Source: Tubiluchus corallicola (taxonomy: Eukaryota > Animalia > Priapulida). Taken from it: DNA of 58,044 bases. The stretch covers positions 1 to 58,044 of the forward strand of contig JAQGDQ010001164.1 of the NCBI GenBank assembly GCA_030141605.1. The letters are read 5' to 3'. A model generated the notes under the pieces. That model was not told the DNA's origin. It did not search any database and worked only from the letters and a program-made list of their open reading frames with translations. Position numbers and translations under genes: made by a program. Shown here one piece after another: positions 1 through 11,510 of the stretch (its first letter is position 1; every line of letters begins with the position of its first letter).

Positions 1-133
1 AAGAAGTTTAACTGATGTTTACACAATCATCCTGTTTTCATTTAAACTATACGAGCATGTCTTATCCAGATAAAGCAAAAAGGCAATTGAATGCGGTTAA
101 GAGAATTACTGCTAGTTTAAAATGTGAAATCAA

Positions 134-188
<55 letters not shown>
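134..188. repeat. (GATT)n microsatellite
   Basis: About 13 perfect GATT units read directly. Confidence 0.95.
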
Positions 189-371
189 GGGTTTGTTAGA
201 ACAAATTTTACATGTTGCATATTGGTGTGGCGAGGTCACTTACTTTGTAACGCAGAGAAGTTCCAAGATAGAGCACTGAGAATTGCATATCATGACTTTA
301 ATTCGAGGTATAACGTTGTTAAAAGCCACAGTGAAAAGTACATTTACTAGGCATAAATACAACTTGCTTAA

Positions 372-973
372 AGGAACACAGGATGATTTTTCAAACATTA
401 CGCCATTTTCAAGTCTGAAACAAGTGTACATTTTAACACAGTTAATACTGCAAAAGCGTTTTTGATAATTAGATAATAGATAAAAAACTTAATTAACGTC
501 ACAGACTAACGTAATTTTAAACAACAAAAATATTTCACGAGCGTGTTGCACGTGTATGTGAAAGTGAAAATTGAAGTACAGTGCTTCTGTAAGATATTCA
601 GCGTGTTGTACTAAAACTAGGCAAGTTTTAAGACAAAAATTCAAATATACAGCTGTGCTCACGCACGAGCTGTCAGAACGTGTGCAGTTTGTCACAAACT
701 AACACATCTGAACTGAGAGGTACAGCACCTGTTTTTTCCGGTTTTTGTGCAATGCCTTTCCGAAATGCAGGCGCTAGTGCCCGTCTAACCAGCAAATGGC
801 GAAAGGCATGTAACAGCGAAGAAATTGAGGCTCGAATGTGAAATGTGAAATTGTGTTCGCGTGATAATAATTCTATCGCGTAAGTCATTCTTGAAAAAAC
901 AGTATATTTCCTTTCAATATTTAAAAAAGTAGATTGTTTTGACCTACAGTTTAAGATTGCGTCCGGTTTTGCT
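372..973 (+). mobile_element. Non-autonomous Kolobok/T2-like MITE, local family A, full length
   Basis: TTAA|AGGAACACAGGA...TCCGGTTTTGCT|TTAA: TTAA on both sides and imperfect AG..CT TIRs. Homologous copies at about 7080-7940, 13845-14227, 14232-15017, 32830-33440 and 37780-38343. Confidence 0.8.
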
Positions 974-1526
974 TTAACCCTATCCTTGTAAGTCGTTAAT
1001 TGTTATTATTACTTTACTAAGTGTTCGTATCTTTTGCGACCTGTTTATGTTTCCTTTCAATATTTTGAAAAGTAGATTGTTTTGACCTGCAGTTAATGTA
1101 TTGTTTTATTTTGTGCTGTTAGAATTTTTAGTCGATTGTATAGGTCTGTTTTTTGTATGTAAAGAAAATCGACTTAAAATGAACTTACGCCGTGTTGCAG
1201 AAGGTTTGAAAGATAATTAATGACGTTGCTTCATTGTCTAGACTGGTGAAAAATGAAAAGTTGAGAGACTGCAGTGTTTATGTGTCATGAGAGTGTAGGT
1301 TGAAAGTCCACGTAAAAAACATATGTGAATTGTTTTCAATGCAATGACATGTAACGATGCCTGTAACTGTTGATCTGTCGCAGTACGAGATACAATACGT
1401 GATTATTTGTTGAGGTTCACTTTTACTGAGGTTGAGGGCACTTGTCCTCGACTGTTTCATCGAGGTCGTGGGTACTGACGACATCAAACCTGTTACTGAG
1501 GTCGTGGCTACTAACGACATCGACCT

Positions 1527-1798
1527 GTAGTGCAGTGCAGTGCAGCACGGCACGGCGCGGTGCGGTGCGGTACGGTACAGTACAGTACACTACAGTGCAG
1601 TACAGTGCAGTGCAGTGCAGTGCAGTGCAGTGCAGTGCAGTGCAATGCAATGCAATGCAATGCAATGCAATGCAATGCAATGCAATGCAATGCAATGCAA
1701 TGCAATGCAATGCAATGCAATGCAATACAATACAATACAATACAATACAATACAATACAATACAATACAATACAATACAATACAATACAATACAATAC
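1527..1798. repeat. Compound pentanucleotide microsatellite (TGCAG/TACAG, TGCAA, TACAA blocks)
   Basis: Consecutive blocks of 5-mers; explains the QCNAM/YCIVL ORFs. Confidence 0.95.
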
Positions 1799-2469
1799 AT
1801 CACAAATGAGCCAATATTAAGACTGTTTTTATACGACTACGAGGCGTAAAAACACAGGTCATCTTATATGTGGTTCAATCACAGAATTAACTTGTGGTGT
1901 GTTGGTACTCTGTAATACAGTGGATATATAAAATTATCACTCTATCTAAGCAAATCTCACTGATTCATCATAAAAATGGATCATTTCAACATATCTATTG
2001 GCAAATCTATGAGCTCAATCTTGATAAGGCTTCTTCGTACACGTTTTGTCTTGTAAAAAACAGAATTTAAAATCACGATCGCACAATGACTTATTATTAA
2101 AACTCGACAAGTTTAAAGTACTCTAGACAAGTCGAAACTTTCGCGCCCTCTACGTGCGGGTAAAAGACTTATACGCGAAACTAATAATTTTGGAGAGAAA
2201 CTGCTTCAAAGATATGTGATGTGTTACAGGAAAATTCTTATTCATGACATATGAACCTGAAATAAATTTGAAACTCGAGAATACGATTTAGATTTTTTTA
2301 TATTTAGTTTAAATTTTTTATGCACTCAGCTCAATATTACAATAAACAAAATATTACAATTACAAAATTGACAATGCATTGCAGTGCTAAGAGCGTAGCA
2401 GAAGAAATTACGTTATAAGCTATGCTATACTTACATAAGGCTGGGGTACTCGTCTTTAAATTTTACCCA

Positions 2470-3450
2470 CGTATTGCCTTATTGCATACAGGGCTTGCGT
2501 TAGCAGTAACGCGTATAAAACTTGTGAATTTGCACTCCTGAGATGACCGTCGCGCGCAGCCAATTTAATGGAAAGTCGTATGAAACAATTTTGAACAAAA
2601 TTGAATAAAGTTTGATAAAATAATAAGAGCATTCGTGGCGCACACTTCAGTAACTAAGCAAAAGTATAAATGACTTCATGATGTCGATAAGATGAATGAC
2701 GTGTTTTTGTGATTCACTGGTGCACACTGGGAAGGTGAGTCAGTGACATCTTGCCAGTTAGCACAAATATTCTAAATTTCTATAAGTTTTCTTTTCTCAT
2801 TACGTAAGTCTTCCTAGCTGGTAAGTTTAAAGGAAGACCGGACGATTGTTTAGACTCAATCTCATTTAAATTTACTGTCCAAAATATACGTCCTCTTGCC
2901 TATAAAAGTTAGCAATTGTTTCTTATATTTGAATAATTAGCTTGGAAAGTTAATTAACAACAACCGAACACAGCCATTGCTTACGTCAGAAAGTAACCAC
3001 AGCTTGTGCAATGGCAGGCATCTTCCCTTGCGCGTCAAGCACATTTGCATAGGTGTTACAGTACTGCTTAAACGTGCTATGTCACAAAAATCGGCTCTAT
3101 GTCATATGACGTCAGGAACTAACACAGCAGTTCATGATCATGCTTATCACGGTACCGCCTTCTATTTGCCAGCCACGCGAATGTGATAAAAAGGCGCCGC
3201 TGCCAATCTTATTAGATTCACTGAGCCGTGAGTAGCTTTGAAAGTTCAACAAAATTTGAGCATCCCTAGTAATTATTATTTAATCTAAGGTTTCATCTAA
3301 AAGAAGCTATTGTAGTTTTCAACATTTTGGAGCATTCTTTATTCTGAACTCGTGTTTACACAATCGTCCGGTTTTCCTTTAATGATAAGTAATATAACAT
3401 ATTGTGAAATTTTTTTGGGGACACGTTAAAATTATTTTTTCTTCCCTTTT
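2470..3450 (+). mobile_element. Family B TTAA-type MITE (partial), split by a nested family C element
   Basis: Matches copies at about 38780-39450 and 56378-57062 (reverse strand). B sequence GGTAAGT..ATGATAAGTAATATAAC resumes after the insert. Outer boundaries approximate. Confidence 0.65.
2831..3378 (+). mobile_element. Kolobok/T2-like MITE, family C, full length
   Basis: TIRs AGGAAGACCGGACGATTGT / ACAATCGTCCGGTTTTCCT with TTAA at 2827-2830 and 3379-3382. Partial copies at about 15760-16165, 40737-40960 and 48365-48820. Confidence 0.85.
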
Positions 3451-3537
3451 AAAAGATGAATAAAGATGCTGGTGAACGGCCATTGCAATCCATTTTATAT
3501 CGTTTGTCCAGAGCGTTTGAAACTTCTCAAGTCAAAA

Positions 3538-3597
3538 TGACGTTACTGTTCATGTGATGACGTAATGAATCGGCCTGTGATGTCACTGCTTTCGTCA
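3538..3597 (+). promoter_or_regulatory. Cluster of CRE/ATF-like sites upstream of the ATG at 3641
   Basis: TGACGTTA at 3538, TGACGTAA at 3558, TGATGTCA at 3578 and CGTCA at 3593, all within 60 bp. Confidence 0.4.
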
Positions 3598-3640
3598 CGA
3601 CTTCATATACAGCATAATAATTCTTTAGTACAAGTCGAAA

Positions 3641-4292
3641 ATGGTATCTCGGAAAAGCGGAGGAGAGTTTTCCCGAGCTGTCTTCATCAGGGAACTACTA
3701 AAAGAGGCGCCGTCGTGGTGTGACCAAGGGATTGTCCTACAAGGAGGGCTAGCTGCAACTGGGTGTTTTTTGCTCGGATACATTTACGGGAAACGTCACT
3801 TCAAAAATCACAGTGGAAGTAGCTCCACTCAAACCAAAACCGATCCATGGCATAGCGGAGATAACTTCTTTCATACGAGAGAACTCATGCGTTCAGACTG
3901 CCCAGTGTCCACTCATGCGGTGTCCACTTATTCACACCCACACCAAAGTGATTCCACGGACATAAATGAAGAGGTACAGATAATCATAAAAAATCGTTTA
4001 GTTCGAGTCTAAATTAGTTTAGATCTAAATAGTATATAAGTTTGACTATTTATAAAAGAATTCAATACCCAACTGGGCATATGTGTCTAGAACGGACAAA
4101 GTTTCCAGTTGTTTGTTTGTATGTACATTTGTTTGTTCATATGTTATTTATTTATTTATTAGTTTGTATCTGCTAGTTATCAGTACTATGCAAAAACTAC
4201 GGTTCGTCAGAAGTGATTGTGATAACGATGATGATGATGATGATGACGATGACGATGACGATGACGATGAGGATGACGACGACGACGACGAC

Positions 4293-4338
<46 letters not shown>

Positions 4339-4610
4339 TACTGATAAAGATGACGAAGATAATAAAGATGATGATGATGATAATGATGATGATGATGATG
4401 ATGATGATGAAGATGACGATGATGTTACTGATAATGAGGACGAAGATAATGATGAAGATGATGATGATGATGATGATGACGATGACGATGACGATGACAA
4501 TGACGATGATGATGATGATTATGATGTTACTGATAATGATGACGAAGATAACAATGAAAAAGAAGATGATGATGATGATGATGACGATGATGATGATGAT
4601 GATGATGATT

Positions 4611-4642
<32 letters not shown>

Positions 4643-4643
4643 A

Positions 4644-4687
<44 letters not shown>

Positions 4688-4745
4688 TGAAGTTGATGAT
4701 GATGATTATGATGATGATGGTGATGATGATGATGATGATGATGAC

Positions 4746-4826
<81 letters not shown>

Positions 4827-4880
4827 GGTGGTGGTGGTGGTGGTGGTGGTCGTGATGATGATTATGATGATGGTGATGGC

Positions 4881-4932
<52 letters not shown>

Positions 4933-5374
4933 ACCTCCGTCAAGTTTATATTTTCAAATATCGCAAGAACGGACACTATGATCACTATCAAAAATGTCTG
5001 TCTAAGATGAAACATTGAAGAGGCAGAGATATCTCAGCCAAGTTACGATCCCGCTCCTAGCAAAGTAAATACCCAAGGACAGTATTTGCCTGGCTGACTA
5101 AGCAGCTCTAAGTGAGCTCTGAATCAGGCTAATCATCCATTCATTTATTGGCCATTCTCAACGCCGTTTAACTTCGGTCACCAAACACACATTGTTGCCA
5201 CTCAGATGCGGTACCCCAATAGGTACCCTTGGAGAGCAAGCACTTGTCACTCTTAGTTTTACACACGCCCTGTGCACACGCCCCGTACACTCGCCACGCT
5301 GAACAAACTCCTAACTGACATAACCTTACTTACTTACTCACTCACTCACTCAGTCACTCACTTACTTACTACAC

Positions 5375-5465
<91 letters not shown>

Positions 5466-6756
5466 CACTCACTCACTCACTCACTCACTCACTCACTCAC
5501 TCACTCACTCACTCACTCACTCACTCACTCACTCACTCACTCACTCACTCACTCACTTACTTATATGCGACGCAGTACGCATTCCTGGAACTCACGCGTG
5601 AAATTAAATTAAAATTTTTATTTTAAAATTCGCCGAGTTTTTAAGTATCACATTGAATGTAATCACGCACAAGCACAGTACTTCAATTAATGTTTTCGCA
5701 AACACATGCAAGATGCCATGGAATATTTGCACTGTCGAAATTTGTTCAGTTGTGACGTCATAACTAACTGAACATATCGGTTAATTAAGTTTTTAACCTA
5801 TCATTTAATTATCATAAGCGGACTGGCATTATTATAGGTGTTAAAGTATATATTTTTACCCTAGTGACAGTTGTTGTGTTTTGTTTCTCTCGGAAGGCTC
5901 GTAGAGAAAACCAGAAAACACTTCGTCAAATTAAACTAGTTTATTAAGCGAGAATTATACAACACAAAAGTATGAAGGAACGAAATGTTTACAGTAAACG
6001 TTTAAGTTTATCTGAAAATACAAGTATACATGAGAATGCGTAAGTGGCGTCCGAGTGAATCAGCGTGCCCCCCCCCCTCTCAGCGGCCTGCTTCGCCATA
6101 TATAGCGTGCCCGAGAAGCTTTTAGAAGTTTTGTTCCAAAACATTCTACACGGTAAGACGATTATTCTAACGGAACATTCTACAATGTTCTATTTAATTC
6201 TAATAGATGCCAGAGATCTCCACAACAGGTAAGGTGTGAAAAATCATGATGTTTTCCTTTAACCCTACAGGTTGTACTTATCCAATACAACGTGTACGGT
6301 CTGGGCCAAGAAGAGTGTCTAAGAGTAGACACCGCAAACACCGAAACAAAGTCTTGGTCAACATTAGAGCAAGACAGATGTGACGTGGTAGTGAACAGAG
6401 AAACAACGAATGCACGATTATTGAAATTACCAGTTCCAGAAGTACTGATATCAACAAAGACAAAAGATAGTCATCTATTCGACACAACGTCTCCAACATT
6501 GTCGAATCATTCCTTGGAAAAAACTCGGATCATTTCGCTAGCGGGTACTACTGGCAAGGCCAGGGAACCCAAAACGTATCTGGAACGATTCCGAACGCGG
6601 AATTTTTACAAGCAACACCGGAGATTGCCGAACATTGGCGGAGGCTGTCGAAGCTCCTTCAAGCGCAATTTGGACGAATTGGAGGGTTTAGAAACTCGTA
6701 GGACAGGCAGAACTTTTGTGAAGAAATCCGTCAGTTTCCAAGATGAAACTGATTAA
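3641..6756 (+). CDS. Two-exon uncharacterised protein (272 aa), predicted single TM helix and C-terminal RVxF motif
   Basis: Exon 1 is 3641-3973 (AAAATGG start, GAG|gtacag). Exon 2 is 6271-6756 (ctacag|GTT). The phase-0 join fuses ORFs 3641 and 6292 in frame. Hydrophobic GIVLQGGLAATGCFLLGYIYG is followed by KR; the protein ends KKSVSFQDETD. Confidence 0.6.
4222..4932. repeat. Long imperfect (GAT)n microsatellite with a (GGT)n insert, intronic
   Basis: Read directly; source of the poly-D/M/H/I ORFs. Confidence 0.95.
5326..5562. repeat. Compound (TTAC)n(TCAC)n microsatellite
   Basis: Read directly. Confidence 0.95.
5872..6227 (-). mobile_element. Solo-LTR-like insert within a degenerate family A copy (about 5640-6258)
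   Basis: Termini TGTTGTG...CACAACA; minus strand has TATATA followed by AATAAA; family A sequence on both flanks. No clean TSD. Confidence 0.45.
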
Positions 6757-6931
6757 AAAGATGGATAATCTTAATGTATAAAATAGGTATAATTACATTA
6801 TATAATGCCTGGCACACCAGATTGTTCATTTTTTGCTTTTTAGCACAATTTTAGGTCAATGCAGAATGCAGTATTAACAACTGTATGAACCAGCCTTAAC
6901 GATACTAACTATATACATGCATATACATACA

Positions 6932-6965
<34 letters not shown>

Positions 6966-7079
6966 AATATGGTGGTCTCAAAAGTCACAATTTAACTTGA
7001 TTTTTTAATTTTCTTTGGGACTTTTTATTCGTTCTCAACTTGCAAAAACCTGAATCAAAAAGCGTCTACGGAAACTGAA

Positions 7080-7940
7080 GGTCAAAACAATCTACTCATT
7101 AAAATATGGAAAGTAAACATACTATCTTTTTCAAAAATAACTTACATGAAAGAATTATTACCACACAAACACAAGTTCGTGTTCACGCCACTAATTTTTC
7201 ATTTTACATGCACTTCACCATTCACTGGCGTCTCCAATTCGGAAATGCATTGCACAAAAAGCAGGTGCTGTACCTCTCAGTTCAGATGCGTAAGTTTGTG
7301 ACGCACTGCAAACGTTCGACTGCTCATGCGTGAGCACAGCAGTGAATTTTACATTTAATTTTTATCTTAAAACTTGCCTAGTTTTAGTACAACATGCTGA
7401 ATATCTTACAGTAACACTGTACTTCAATTTTCGCTTACACAAACACGCGCAACACGCTCGTGGAATATTTTTACTGTTTAAAATTATGTTAGTTTGTGAT
7501 GTCATCAATAGTGGGGCACTAGCACCTGCATTTTAGAAATGTATTGCAGAAAAACATGTGGTGTACTTCTCAGTTCAAATGTGTTAATTTGTGACGTACT
7601 ACACACGTCTGACAGCTCATGCGTGAGCACAGCGATAAATTTGAATTTATACCTTAAAACTTTCCTAGCTGTAGCGCAATACACTGAATATCTTACAGTA
7701 ACACCGTACTTCAATTTTCTCTTTCAAAAACATGTGCAATTCGCACACAGAGTATTTTTGATGTTGAAAATTATGTAAACTTGTGATGTCATCAGTAGAC
7801 GCACTCGCCCGCCGTTAATTAAGTTTTCAAATTATTATTTAATTATCAGAAACGCTTTTGCAGTATTAATTGTTTTAAATTGTATACATTTTACCGGACT
7901 TGAAAATGGGATAATATACGAAAAATCATCCTGTCTTCCT
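7080..7940 (-). mobile_element. Family A MITE with an internal duplication of about 280 bp
   Basis: Ends ATCCTGTCTTCCT|TTAA (7941-7944); segment about 7235-7505 recurs at about 7530-7790. Confidence 0.75.
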
Positions 7941-8104
7941 TTAAATCTAGGTAACCATATTTGCTACAAGATGCAGCCATTCCTTAGTACGCACGAGAAG
8001 TTTTTCTCAGTGCAACATATCTGAGTTACTGGTGAATCTGTCTCTGAAACTCTTGAGGTCCCCGAAGAAGAGGGGAAAGTAGCTGGACTGCCTGCCTGCC
8101 TGCT

Positions 8105-8454
<350 letters not shown>

Positions 8455-9494
8455 AATTTCACATACTTCGTCATGATGTAGCCAATCGTACGAAAACATA
8501 AATAGCTATTAAGTCTATAGTTGTAACCTGAGCATAACCAACACCATGTTGATGCTGCCACCTCTTGGGCGTTTTCGCCATAAACTAAGTTTTTACAAAT
8601 ACACGGGTTCATTTTCATTGAGTAAAAATTGCATTTATCAAGTTTTGCGAACACTTTTGTAATGCCACTTGTACACCACACACGTCCATAGTGCTATCAG
8701 AGCAGACAGACAGTCACGCAGCATAAGCCTATCTGATTTTTAAAACATCTAATCACCGAAAATCAACTAATATCAGCAGAAACAAGAAAATAATGACGAA
8801 AAAAGAAAGAACAAAGGTAATCGAACATAAATAAATATACTTCCTGATAATGTATTAAAAACGTGAAATTTTTCAAACAAACATCTGGGAAATTTTATTA
8901 CTTCTGTATAGCGCTTTAACCAAAACTTATTAAAATTACTAATTAATAAATAAATAACTCGTTTCAATAATCTTCATGTAGTTAATAATCTTAATGTCAT
9001 TAAAATAAGCAAAAATTAATTATCTCAGTTTGTTCTGTGTTAAACAGTTTTTAACAAAAGTAGGATTACTAATTAATAAATAAATAACTCGTTTTTTATA
9101 TTAACGATACTTTATCTTTTTTATATAAATAATATAGTCCTACTCCTGTTATCAATTTATCATATCTCTTATAACCAGCTCATATATTTAACTTAACATT
9201 TATTTTAGTTAACTAATTAATTTTAGTAGGAAACGTCGTGTATTAATCCGAAAAGCATAAAAAAATAATCATTTTATCAAATTTTTATTAACAAAATTTT
9301 CTTTTTATAACAAAATCTGATTTCATAAATCCATTTTCCTACCGATACTCGATGTTGCAAAAAAAATTATAAAGTTTTCATAATAAAGTCTTTTGCAATA
9401 TTTTCGTTACAGAAAAATGTTAATTTTTTCCAGACAGTGGAATGGCCAATGTTTCTCAGAGCTGCAAAACTTCTTCCAGTACCAGTGCTCAAGG

Positions 9495-10082
9495 TTAATA
9501 ACCCTGAAAAAAGAAGAAAAAGACTCGGTTATCATAAAAAACAATTATGAAGTTGCTACAAAAAAACACATCTCCTAAAAAAATTGAAGTTGCTACAAAA
9601 AACACATCTCCTAAAAAAATTAAATTTAGCGATTTGAAACTATGAACAAACCTTTTGGCCCCATTGACCACCACCACCCTTCTGCTGGCTACTCTGTCCT
9701 CCTCCCTTTCCTGGTCGCTTTTGTTGCGGTTTCTGACCTTTTCCTTTCCCCCACCCTTTTCCCCCTCTCCTGCTTTTTCTTCGACCACCGAGCCTCCTTC
9801 TGGATCTTCTGGAGCGCCTTCTAGATCTTCTGGAGTATCTCCTGGACCTTCTGGAGCGTCTGTTCCTTCTAGATCTCCTGCGACCTCTCCTAGATCTCCT
9901 GCTGTAGCGGCTTTTGCGGCGTCGACTACGCCTCCTTTCGCTACGAGACCGCGAGCCTGTAGAACGTAAAAACAAATAAGCTAACAGTCTAAACAAAATT
10001 TACAAAACATAAGACTTACTCTACTAGTTTAAAGCTTTGACTTACGTATGCCCTCCATATCGTCCACGTTAAAGGTAGGCAT
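9495..10082 (-). CDS. Three-exon Arg/Ser-rich protamine-like (sperm nuclear basic) protein, 116 aa
   Basis: Exon 1 is 10082-10046 (MPTFNVDDMEGI + C|gtaagt). Exon 2 is 9956-9652 (ttctacag|GC..., ends AAG|gtttgt). Exon 3 is 9503-9495 (tttttcttcttttttcag|GGT TAT TAA). Phases are compatible. About 40 Arg in RRS/RRRS clusters, then a Gly/Lys/Gln tail. AATAAA on the minus strand at about 9289-9284. Confidence 0.75.
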
Positions 10083-10190
10083 AGTGGTCAGATCAAGGAG
10101 GAAAGACCAAAACGATTTAACTCCTTTGAGTATCGGACGGAGAATGAACTTTCTTTCAAAAACAATAGCCACGAGCGCAAGGAAACAATC

Positions 10191-10269
10191 GTTTCTATGG
10201 TAACAGAGAATAATGGGCGTCCTCACGTCAGACTTGGTGACGTTTTGGCATACGTCACGCGTTGCGTCA
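10191..10269 (-). promoter_or_regulatory. Promoter module of the protamine-like gene: RFX X-box plus four CRE half-sites
   Basis: GTTTCTATGGTAAC at 10191-10204 (X-box, near consensus); TGACG/CGTCA at 10226, 10238, 10253 and 10265. Confidence 0.55.
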
Positions 10270-10339
10270 TGGAAAATTTCCTACTGTATTTTGAGCACTG
10301 AGGTGCTTCTGTTATCCAGAAGTTATACTGTTACACACT

Positions 10340-10720
10340 GTATACTGTGCCACCATGATTAAGGGGCTTAGGCGAATAGACTCATAGAAACCCCGTATTT
10401 TGCCGTAAAATAATTGTCGGTTAAGGATTTAAACTTTACTATGGTTGGTGGGACAATCAACAATACAGCGAAAACACTCATAGAAATCTCAAATTTTCCA
10501 TAAAGAAATCGTGAATAAAGATTTAAACTTAACTAGGATTGGTGCGGTAAATACCATGGCAGGCAAATTATTTACTACTCTCGTGGTAGATAAATATCTA
10601 CGAATGTCGAGCCGTGTTCGCTTTTTAAAAAGTTTTAAACCACATACTCTAGTTTTTGAATCGAGAAATAAAGTAAAAAAATCCCACAAAATGTTATCTT
10701 TCCTAGTCAGTATTGGACAG
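10340..10720 (-). mobile_element. CR1-type LINE 3' fragment
   Basis: ORF 10489-10689 reads TRVCGLKLFKKRTRLDIRRYLSTTRVVNNLP, resembling the CR1 ORF2 C-terminus (TRGHxxKLxKxxxRLDxRKYFFSxRVVxxWNxLP). Boundaries approximate. Confidence 0.7.
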
Positions 10721-11291
10721 AATTCGACTCCAGGGGGTGGAACTCCAAGATGACATGGCGGTCTTGAAATTGCGCATCATGAAAATCCATTTTACTATCG
10801 TTGTGTGACTGATTACTTAACTACAAATGTCAATTTTAATTATGCTATGCTAATGTCTGTAATGTTATGCTAACTAACTAAGTTAATGTCTGTAAACTAG
10901 TACTATATACCTATTATAGCATGTCATTTAACTCTCATAAAATAAAATACGCAAAAATTATATTGTACGGAGTTTTTTATCAGCACTAATAAAAATAGGG
11001 AACAAAATACACGTGCACAAAAATAACTAACTCACTAACAGCACTACACCCAAGGAGCACCTGTGACAGAAATCAAGGCTGTAGTGACCTCTACACGCTT
11101 TTAAACTGGCATTCCAGGTCAGCTGGCTTCCCACACCACGTGTAGGCCCAAACAAGACGTCTGGACCTACAAGAAAGGGTGAGTCACTGCTGACGTGGAA
11201 GCAGGGCGTGTAGAGAGCCCTACACCTGACTCCATCAGCATCCAATTGCGAAATGGTAAGCACTGAAAAATATAAAATCACACCAAAGTTA

Positions 11292-11510
11292 TGATCACCT
11301 TCATCATCATCATTATCATTATCATCATCATTACCACCAAAATCATCATCATCAACAACAATATCGTCGTAGTCATCATCATCATCATCTACAAGAACAT
11401 CGTCGTCGTCATCATTATCAACAACAAATTGTCGTCGTCATCATCATCATCATTATCAATATCATCATCAACAGCAGCAACATCGTCGTCATCATCATCA
11501 TCATCGTCAA
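11292..11510. repeat. Degenerate (CAT)n/(CGT)n low-complexity tract
   Basis: Read directly. Confidence 0.85.

Noticed and set aside
1423-1849. Cys-rich repetitive ORFs (QCNAM, YCIVL) resembling metallothionein or keratin-associated proteins
   Set aside because: Open in many frames on both strands because they are translations of a pentamer microsatellite.
4083-5018. 311-aa poly-Asp/poly-Met ORF suggesting an acidic biomineralisation protein
   Set aside because: A (GAT)n microsatellite inside the intron of the 3641-6756 gene; the frame switches arbitrarily between D and M runs.
9495-9969. Alternative frames over the protamine-like exon (ORFs 9495-9788 minus, 9655-9969 plus)
   Set aside because: The phase-1 donor of exon 1 selects the Arg-rich frame; the others lack supporting starts or splice sites.
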